DNA of 64,000 bases. Source: Ignavibacteriota bacterium (GTDB taxonomy: Bacteria > Bacteroidota > Ignavibacteria > UBA10030). The stretch is from positions 225,705-289,704 of the forward strand of contig CAWBMS010000007.1 in the NCBI GenBank assembly GCA_963790045.1, given 5' to 3'. Under the pieces are notes generated by a model. The model was not told where the DNA came from and did no database searches. It was given only the letters and a program-made list of their open reading frames with translations. Position 1 is the first letter of the stretch, and the number at the start of each line of letters is the position of its first letter. Shown here piece by piece: positions 58,578 to 64,000 of this stretch. The translations under genes were made by a program, and so were the position numbers.

Positions 58578-58615
58578 GAAATTACTTTCTCGGATGAATA
58601 CAAGCGTTTAAAAAA

Positions 58616-58631
58616 TGCAATCTCCTTACCA
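58616..58631 (-). promoter_or_regulatory. candidate sigma-54 (-24/-12) promoter
   Basis: Minus strand reads TGGTAAGGAGATTGCA, with GG-N10-GC spacing and TTGCA at -12. The last base is 39 nt from the ATG at 58577. Confidence 0.5.
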
Positions 58632-58720
58632 ATATAATATTTTTCTTCTTTTTAAACCCGAAACTTTTTCGATGCATTAGAGAAAAACCAATCACCGCCC
58701 GTCTCTTGTCATACCGATAG

Positions 58721-59089
58721 TTATTTCAGATGGTCCGCAATTGCTTGTGTAATGAGCGCAACATCCACTGGTTTATAAAATACTTCGGCGGCAATGCAAG
58801 GTAAGCGTGAAGAATGATGACTGGAGTGTTGTTTGCTGATGTGTTCAGGAAAATTACAGGGTCAAGAAAAATTTGATTGTTCAATGGCGTTTTGAAAATT
58901 GGTAAGGGTATGCTCTCGGATAATCTGAAATCGGTCTTCCAGATTGAGTAATAAGAATCGCGTAAGATCTGGATCGGGACTAAAAACGAGCACACGTCAA
59001 CGTTGCCCAGCAGAAATCTCCGCTGTTGCTTCTTGTACACATGGAACTGTTACGGTCTGTGATGGCATACGTTCGTCTTCGTCTGCCAT
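58721..59089 (-). pseudogene. receiver-domain-like reading frame interrupted by two in-frame TGA codons
   Basis: One frame reads MADEDERMPSQTVTVPCVQEATAEISAGQR*RVLVFSPDPDLTRFLLLNLEDRFQIIREHTLTNFQNAIEQSNFS*PCNF...IAAEVFYKPVDVALITQAIADHLK. The beta1-alpha2 and beta5-alpha5 parts look like a CheY-type receiver. The middle looks better in the +1 frame (LDPVIFLNTSANNTPVIILHA). Confidence 0.3.
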
Positions 59090-59098
59090 GCACGCACG

Positions 59099-59287
59099 TC
59101 AGGCGAGAAAGTCCGCGCCTTCAAATTCGGTTTCAGGAATTTCAGGAGGAAATTCGCCGAAATTTTTTTCGCTACTCTCATTTTCAAAATGCAACAAGTG
59201 ATTTTTATTGCGTATGAGTTGACGAAGAACCAGCCATCCTCCGGCGGCAACTGCTGCCGCTCCGATAATCCACCATTGTATCTTCAT
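59099..59287 (-). CDS. small single-pass membrane protein with an acidic tail
   Basis: MKIQWWIIGAAAVAAGGWLVLRQLIRNK...EFPPEIPETEFEGADFLA. No family recognised. Confidence 0.35.
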   Translation of the reverse strand: MKIQWWIIGAAAVAAGGWLVLRQLIRNKNHLLHFENESSEKNFGEFPPEIPETEFEGADFLA

Positions 59288-59314
59288 AAAGTTCCCCACG
59301 ACAAGCATGGGCAG

Positions 59315-59540
59315 TTATGCTGCATCGCGGTTTTCATCACCAGCCGGTGTTTCCATCAGTTTGCGGTATAGGGATGAAATGCTAATGCCAAACAACTGTG
59401 CGACCTTTTGTTTGTCGTTTGCATTAAGTTTTAATGCTTCAATAATTAAATTGCGTTCAAACTTCATGAACAGCGTCTTTAAGGTTACGTGCGCCGGTTA
59501 ATGTTGCTTGAATTGTCTTGTCATCTACGAATTGTGCCAT
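59315..59540 (-). CDS. small Fis-type HTH protein, frame-disrupted as sequenced
   Basis: MAQFVDDKTIQATLTGARNLKDAVHE|FERNLIIEALKLNANDKQKVAQLFGISISSLYRKLME... after removing one base at 59462-59465. It parallels the C-terminus of the adjacent response regulator. A 50-aa version starting at ATG 59467 is also possible. Confidence 0.6.
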
Positions 59541-59578
59541 AATGTCCTCAAAAAGTTTAAATGTTACTCTCATTTTTA

Positions 59579-59594
59579 AGCAAAGATTATGCCA
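59579..59594 (-). promoter_or_regulatory. sigma-54 (-24/-12) promoter
   Basis: Minus strand reads TGGCATAATCTTTGCT, against the consensus TGGCACG-N4-TTGCW. The last base is 39 nt from the ATG at 59540. Confidence 0.7.
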
Positions 59595-59675
59595 GCATAG
59601 TAACAATAAAAATAGTTCATTCTGTTTTTATTACGGCAAGATAAACCAGCAAAACAGCGTTGTATTTTCATATTT

Positions 59676-59714
59676 AAGAAAGTGTTTCTTTTTGCTTCTT
59701 ATAAATTAGAAGCA
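59676..59714. promoter_or_regulatory. paired palindromes, candidate enhancer (UAS) for the sigma-54 activator
   Basis: AAGAAA-gtg-TTTCTT at 59676-59690 and TGCTTCT-tataaatt-AGAAGCA at 59693-59714, which is 82-120 bp upstream of the -24 element. Confidence 0.35.
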
Positions 59715-59769
59715 GTGAACAACTCTCTGGTGTGCAGCATTCAACCGCTGGAGGAATTTCTACATTCTA

Positions 59770-61128
59770 TTATGACGGAATATTCAGCTCTTCGATTTTT
59801 CGATAGAGCGATGAAAGACTGACACCGAGTATTTTTGCAGCTGCTTCTTTGTTTTGATTGTACGCTGTCAATGTTTGCTGTATAAATTGTCGTTCAAAAT
59901 TATGGACTGAATCCTTGAGTGTTCCTATGCCGACAAATGCCTGTGCCGCGGCATCTGCAGGACGCATATAGTCCGGAAGATGATCGATGGTGATAAAATC
60001 TCCATCACAAAAAATGACGGATCGCTCAACGATGTTTTCCAATTCACGCACTTCGCCCTTCCACGAATATTGTAACAACGACCGTATCGCTTCGTTGGTA
60101 AATCCTTGAATGGGTTTGCCCATTTGTTTTTTGTAGATGTCTAAAAAATGCTGTGCTAAAATTGGAATATCGTCCTGCCGTTCTTTGAGCGATGGTAAAT
60201 CGATTTCCACGACATTTAATCGATAGTAAAGATCGTCACGGAATTTCCCGTTTTCTATTTCTTTGCGGAGATCACGATTCGTAGCGGCAATAATACGGAC
60301 ATCAATGTTGATAGGATCCGTCATACCAACAGGAGTTATTTCTCGTTGCTCTAACGCACGCAACAATTTTACTTGCAATCCAAGAGGAATCTCGCTGACT
60401 TCATCCAAGAATATCGTTCCACCGTCGGCAACTTTCAGCAATCCATCTTTATCCATCGTTGCGCCGGTGAATGAACCCTTTTTATGTCCGAATAATTCGC
60501 TTTCAAACAATGTCTCGACGATAGCGCCGCAGTTGATAGGAACGAATCGGTTCTCACGCCGCTGGCTATTATAGTGAATGGCGCGGGCAACCAATTCTTT
60601 GCCTGTGCCGCTTTTTCCTGTAATCAACACCGTGCCGTCGCTGCGCGCAACACGTGTGATGATTTCGAATATATGTTTCATCGGCAGACTTTTTCCGATG
60701 ATCTGTTCAAAATCATAATTGCGTTGCAACTCTTGCCGCAGCGATGCATTTTCAAGAACAAGCGCTCGATATTCAAGAAGTTTTTTCACGCGATACAACA
60801 GATCATCGAAATTTATCGGTTTGAGCAAATAATCTGCCGCACCTTCCCGCAGCGCCTGAATTGCGGTTTCCACCGATGCAAATGCTGTAATGATCACCAC
60901 CAATGCTTCCGGCGTACAAGTACGAATTTGTTTCAACAATTCCACGCCCTTCATCTCCGGCATTTCAATATCTGTGATGATCAGTGTGTACGGATCGGCT
61001 TCGTGTTTGGCAAGCGCTTCTTTTCCGTTTGCTGCTTCATCAACGGAAAATCCTTCTTGCTTCAAAATGAAGGAAAGCGATTCTCGAATAATTTGTTCGT
61101 CATCGACCACTAAAATTTTTTGATTCAT
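59770..61128 (-). CDS. NtrC-family sigma-54-dependent response regulator
   Basis: REC domain (KILVVDDE...ITDIEMPEMKG), AAA+ module (GKSGTGKELVARAIH, ESELFGHKKGSFTGA) and a Fis HTH (LGVSLSSLYRKI). Start at ATG 61128. Confidence 0.93.
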   Translation of the reverse strand: MNQKILVVDDEQIIRESLSFILKQEGFSVDEAANGKEALAKHEADPYTLIITDIEMPEMKGVELLKQIRTCTPEALVVIITAFASVETAIQALREGAADYLLKPINFDDLLYRVKKLLEYRALVLENASLRQELQRNYDFEQIIGKSLPMKHIFEIITRVARSDGTVLITGKSGTGKELVARAIHYNSQRRENRFVPINCGAIVETLFESELFGHKKGSFTGATMDKDGLLKVADGGTIFLDEVSEIPLGLQVKLLRALEQREITPVGMTDPINIDVRIIAATNRDLRKEIENGKFRDDLYYRLNVVEIDLPSLKERQDDIPILAQHFLDIYKKQMGKPIQGFTNEAIRSLLQYSWKGEVRELENIVERSVIFCDGDFITIDHLPDYMRPADAAAQAFVGIGTLKDSVHNFERQFIQQTLTAYNQNKEAAAKILGVSLSSLYRKIEELNIPS

Positions 61129-61136
61129 GCTGTGCC

Positions 61137-62543
61137 TCAACTCGGAAACATAATGGTGAACGTACTGCCGTGCGCGGGCGAGCTTTCTACAAAAATATTG
61201 CCGCCAAAACTTTTCATAATTTCATAACTAACCCACAAACCCAATCCCGTTCCTTGTCCTGTTGGTTTGGTCGTATAGAACGGTTCAAAGATTTTGTCCA
61301 CGTCCGTCGGTTGAATACCTTTTCCGGTATCGTGCACAGTCACTTCAATGCCTTTAGCGATTTTGTGAGAATGCGTTGTGATGATGCCGGTCTTTCCCTC
61401 CAGCGCATCGACAGCATTCATAAAAATATTAATAAAGACCTGCACAACTTGATCGGGCACAACGGAAATAGCAGGCAATGAATCTACGAGTTGAAGATCG
61501 AAATTGATATTTTTTACTTTTTTCCCGTACTGAACGATGTTCAATGCTTCGCGAATTACTTGATTGAGATCGGTTGGTTTGACGACATGTGTTGTGGGAC
61601 GAGCGAAATCGACCAGCTCGCGAATAATCCGTGCGATGCGATTTACTTGGCTGTTGATCAATTCTAATTTTTCTTTTGCAAATTCTTCTTTGCTGGTGCG
61701 TTGAATCACTTGCACCAGCGATGAAATTGCTGTGAGCGGATTCCCGACTTCATGTGCAATGCCTGCAGCCAGCGTTCCGATACTTTCCATTCTCTGCGAA
61801 CGAACAAGCTGCTGCTCCAACATAATTTGTTCGGTAATGTCGCGATGCGCGCCGAGATATCCGGCAATGATTCCTTGTTCGTTGACGATGGGAGAAATAA
61901 CAACTTCGGCAAAAAAAGGATTGCCGTCTTTTCGTCGATTCTCCACTCTGCCCACCCACACTTTGCCGCTCAGAAGGTGGTTCCAAACCTCTCCCCAAAA
62001 TTCTTTGCTATGCTTGCCACTATTTAAAATCTTTGGATTTTTGCCGATGAGCTCTGCACTGGAATAACCACTCGCTTTTTCAAATGCGGGATTGACATAG
62101 ATCATGTTTCCTTCTGCATCGGTAATTTGAATGGGATTGATGGTGTTGCGAATGACATTGGAAAAGCGTAACAGATCGAGTTCGTTTTTTTTCTCACCGG
62201 TTACATCGCGTATAAACAGGACAAAAAATTCTTTCTGTTTGGAATGCACGACTCGCACGCTGATCGTTACATCGATGGGGGCATGATTTCGCCCACGGAA
62301 TTTTGTTGTGATTTGTTTTTGATTGTGTAACGGCAAACAATGTTCAAATTCATTGCGAGCATCGTCAGTAATCAGTTCTTGAAGCGATAATTGATGTGAG
62401 GGAATAAAATTAATATTTATTTTTTTTTTAGCAGTTTGATTTACATCAAGAATTTTATATTCGTCGTTCAAGACAAGCATCATCTCTGGGAACAAATCGC
62501 TAAGCTGATGATCATCGATGAATATGGAATCTTTTGTTATCAT
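61137..62543 (-). CDS. cytoplasmic PAS-PAS sensor histidine kinase
   Basis: H-box AAGIAHEVGNPLTAI and G-boxes DTGKGI and GTGLGLWVS. Start placed at ATG 62543 (MITKDSIF). The longer track ORF (to 62696) runs through a terminator-like hairpin. Confidence 0.9.
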   Translation of the reverse strand: MITKDSIFIDDHQLSDLFPEMMLVLNDEYKILDVNQTAKKKININFIPSHQLSLQELITDDARNEFEHCLPLHNQKQITTKFRGRNHAPIDVTISVRVVHSKQKEFFVLFIRDVTGEKKNELDLLRFSNVIRNTINPIQITDAEGNMIYVNPAFEKASGYSSAELIGKNPKILNSGKHSKEFWGEVWNHLLSGKVWVGRVENRRKDGNPFFAEVVISPIVNEQGIIAGYLGAHRDITEQIMLEQQLVRSQRMESIGTLAAGIAHEVGNPLTAISSLVQVIQRTSKEEFAKEKLELINSQVNRIARIIRELVDFARPTTHVVKPTDLNQVIREALNIVQYGKKVKNINFDLQLVDSLPAISVVPDQVVQVFINIFMNAVDALEGKTGIITTHSHKIAKGIEVTVHDTGKGIQPTDVDKIFEPFYTTKPTGQGTGLGLWVSYEIMKSFGGNIFVESSPAHGSTFTIMFPS

Positions 62544-62655
62544 ACCTGCATGCAAAGTACAGTAAGGTTGCGTGATTGGCAAGCAGCGACATGGAAATGT
62601 CTTGCCTCTTTGCTTGTGTAACACGAGCGAACTTTTTGCTGTTCCCCGAAAGCAT

Positions 62656-62690
62656 AAAAAAACCCGGCCAGCCATTGCTGACTGACCGAG
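62656..62690 (-). terminator. hairpin plus U7 (minus strand)
   Basis: The minus-strand RNA CUCGGUCAG ucagcaaugg CUGGCCGGG UUUUUUU forms 9 bp including 2 G-U pairs. Confidence 0.5.
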
Positions 62691-62708
62691 TTTCACCAGA
62701 TAGGAGGG

Positions 62709-62723
62709 TTTTTTTGGGGGGGG
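62709..62723. repeat. T7G8 homopolymer pair
   Basis: Seven T (62709-62715) directly followed by eight G (62716-62723). It lies between the small ORF stop and the terminator. Confidence 0.9.
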
Positions 62724-62726
62724 ACT

Positions 62727-62876
62727 CTATAAAATCACCGACTCATCTGCGGAAGGCGCAAAATGAATAATTCGGTTTTCAATTTCTGTTTTTATTGTAT
62801 TGTGCTGCATTTCTTGTTTCATACGTTCAAGATTTAGATGTAACTCGTCAAGATTTGGTTTAAGCTCATTAAACAT
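62727..62876 (-). CDS. hypothetical 49-aa helical peptide
   Basis: MFNELKPNLDELHLNLERMKQEMQHNTIKTEIENRIIHFAPSADESVIL. The frame is open upstream to 62995 without a canonical start. The ORF is bracketed by upstream hairpins and a downstream terminator. Confidence 0.25.
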   Translation of the reverse strand: MFNELKPNLDELHLNLERMKQEMQHNTIKTEIENRIIHFAPSADESVIL

Positions 62877-62978
62877 AAATTTATTTGTTTCAACAGTTTC
62901 ATAGCCAATCTTACTTTGATAAATTATGTTCCGCTGGATCCATTGCGCTGCTGAAATAATAGACGAAGAAATGCTTTG

Positions 62979-63053
62979 AAGGTTCCGGCTTAAGTACTAT
63001 CCGGTAACCTTGTCAAAGTTCTCTGGGCTTACGCATAGGCAACTTTGACAAGG
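62979..63053. other. two adjacent strong stem-loops in an ORF-free spacer
   Basis: Hairpin 1: AAGGTTCCGG and CCGGTAACCTT (62979-63011). Hairpin 2: a perfect 13-bp stem CCTTGTCAAAGTT and AACTTTGACAAGG (63008-63053), followed by T5 on the plus strand. The two hairpins share 4 nt. Confidence 0.5.
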
Positions 63054-63069
63054 ATTTTTCATATACAGC

Positions 63070-63106
63070 AAAAAAAATCCCGATTGCTTTTGCAAACAAT
63101 CGGGAT
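63070..63106 (-). terminator. rho-independent terminator of pilin-like gene 1
   Basis: The minus-strand RNA AUCCCGAUUG uuugcaaaag CAAUCGGGAU is followed by U8. Confidence 0.75.
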
Positions 63107-63128
63107 CAACACACTAACACAAAAAATC

Positions 63129-63533
63129 TTATTGGAAATCTTCACCGTACGTCCAAGTAGAAAGTGAACCATCAGCAGTAACGGTTACCGTTACAGTGCC
63201 GGCTGTATATTGGCTTGAAGTTCCCACAACAATTATGTTATCGGAGGTGACAGTACAAAAATATGTTGCATTGGCGTTCGATTTCATCACGGAGGGTATA
63301 TCATAATTTTTTGTTGCACCTCTGCTTACATTATACACACCACCACCACCGCCTGAGGAAGTTGGGCGGAGTTTAAATTGATTTGCATTCGCTACGATGT
63401 CATTCACATCGTTGACGATAGCGTCTCTGTTAGATATTGTCTTTTGAGCTTGAATAACACTCAATGCAACGGCGATTGCGATTGCAACAAGAAGAAGCGT
63501 CAATAAAAGCAACAAAAGTTGTTGTGTACCCAT
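63129..63533 (-). CDS. pilin-like small secreted/anchored protein (paralogue 1)
   Basis: 134 aa. MGTQQ, a 22-residue hydrophobic helix, an amphipathic helix (NRDAIVNDVNDIVANANQF), a Gly run, a beta-rich C-terminal part and the ending WTYGEDFQ. Confidence 0.45.
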   Translation of the reverse strand: MGTQQLLLLLLTLLLVAIAIAVALSVIQAQKTISNRDAIVNDVNDIVANANQFKLRPTSSGGGGGVYNVSRGATKNYDIPSVMKSNANATYFCTVTSDNIIVVGTSSQYTAGTVTVTVTADGSLSTWTYGEDFQ

Positions 63534-63574
63534 GACGAATCCACAAAAAATTAATCAATATATTTCATTTCTCA

Positions 63575-63590
63575 AGAAAGGATTGCGCCA
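63575..63590 (-). promoter_or_regulatory. weak sigma-54-like element upstream of pilin-like gene 1
   Basis: Minus strand reads TGGCGCAATCCTTTCT. The -24 GG is present but -12 reads TC instead of GC. The last base is 42 nt from ATG 63533. Confidence 0.25.
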
Positions 63591-63592
63591 AT

Positions 63593-63628
63593 AAAAAAAT
63601 CCCGATTGCTTTTGCAAACAACCGGGAC
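63593..63628 (-). terminator. rho-independent terminator of pilin-like gene 2
   Basis: Near-identical copy of the 63070-63106 hairpin (one G-U change), followed by U7. Confidence 0.7.
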
Positions 63629-63650
63629 AAACAAACTACTAAAAAGCAGT

Positions 63651-64000
63651 TTACTGGAATTCACCATTGTATGTCCAACTACCTAAATTACCATCGGAGC
63701 TCAAAGTCGCCACAACTGATGCTGAATATTGACCCGATGTGCCAGTAAAGGTGACATTGGGATCGGCTACTGACCATGTATAAGTTGCATTTGCATTTGT
63801 TTGCAATTTGCCTGGAATGCTATAACCAGTATATTTACCATTGCCACCACCCATAGATGATGGACGAATTCTATATTGATATGCATTTGCTGCAAGATTA
63901 TTTAAATCGTTGATGATTGCATCCTTGTTTGACTGGACGCTTTGAGCGCTGAACATGCTCAATCCTACGGCAATTGCGATACCGACGATGATAACGCCGA
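63651..64000 (-). CDS. pilin-like protein (paralogue 2), N-terminus beyond the window end
   Basis: ...GVIIVGIAIAVGLSMFSAQSVQSNKDAIINDLNNLAANAYQY...WTYNGEFQ. It is collinear with paralogue 1. The reading frame continues to position 64000. Confidence 0.45.
   Translation of the reverse strand, partial: GVIIVGIAIAVGLSMFSAQSVQSNKDAIINDLNNLAANAYQYRIRPSSMGGGNGKYTGYSIPGKLQTNANATYTWSVADPNVTFTGTSGQYSASVVATLSSDGNLGSWTYNGEFQ

Noticed and set aside
58726-59040. The 104-aa track ORF (MYKKQQRRFLLGNVDV...).
   Set aside because: It has no recognisable features, and it is the +1 frame of a stretch whose other frame carries receiver-like segments. It is treated as part of the broken receiver-like locus rather than as a gene.
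58721-59089. In-frame TGA codons as evidence for an alternative genetic code or selenocysteine.
   Set aside because: TGA clearly terminates well-conserved genes here, for example rsmG at 22428-22430 and the GT2 gene at 37383-37385. No SECIS-like hairpin follows either TGA.
62544-62696. N-terminal 51-residue extension of the PAS kinase in the ORF track.
   Set aside because: It has no domain-like sequence, and the stretch contains a hairpin plus U7 terminator (62656-62690). MITKDSIF at 62543 is a more plausible start.
62996-63062. A 21-codon ORF MKNPCQSCLCVSPENFDKVTG, in frame through a TAG with the downstream 89-codon frame.
   Set aside because: It is encoded by the arms of the perfect 13-bp inverted repeat, so its open frame is most likely a by-product of the palindrome. 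A stop-codon read-through claim has no support.

Overview
This 64-kb chromosomal window is centred on the replication origin of a Gram-negative bacterium. It looks like an FCB-group organism (Ignavibacteria/Chlorobi/Bacteroidetes-like). That placement is an inference from a PorV-like outer-membrane protein, the miaB / sigma-54 activator / lptE gene order and a Bacteroidetes-style YidC N-terminus.

Gene layout:
- Left arm (1-15.3 kb, every gene on the minus strand): gltB fragment, ilvN-ilvB-ilvD with a candidate leader peptide, gyrA, an ArnT-like glycosyltransferase, gyrB, a DUF721 gene, recF, dnaN and dnaA.
- Right arm (15.7-29.7 kb, every gene on the plus strand): rpmH (missing from the ORF track), rnpA, yidD, yidC, mnmE, mnmG, rsmG, murQ, a DUF2461 gene, lon, dnaX and a PorV-like OMP.
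- 29.7-46 kb: mixed housekeeping genes, namely pta, miaB, a SPOR protein, an orphan sigma-54 activator, lptE, a GT2 glycosyltransferase, a TPR protein, trmO, hemN, a DksA-like zinc-finger protein, a DHOD-like protein and nifJ/PFOR.
- 46-64 kb: the only accessory-looking part. It holds a radical SAM gene, a DUF2721 gene, a 1194-aa hybrid kinase, an HpnE-like oxidoreductase, a divergent 949-aa SF1B helicase-like protein, an M23 peptidase, a sigma-54 two-component module with two good -24/-12 promoters, and two tandem pilin-like genes.

I found no rRNA, tRNA, CRISPR array, IS element or prophage.

Caveat: the sequence as given carries at least 13 single-base frame disruptions in otherwise intact and mostly essential genes (gyrA, dnaA twice, dnaX, yidC, ilvB, murQ, pta, miaB, nifJ twice and others). 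Truncated or split ORFs here should not be over-interpreted.

I do not see a convincing self-contained novel multi-gene system. The best leads are the sigma-54 module at 57.3-62.5 kb, the pilin-like tandem with the structured spacer at 62.5-64 kb, the orphan helicase-like gene, and the ilv leader/attenuator candidate.

All protein calls rest on motifs recognised by eye. No database search was possible.
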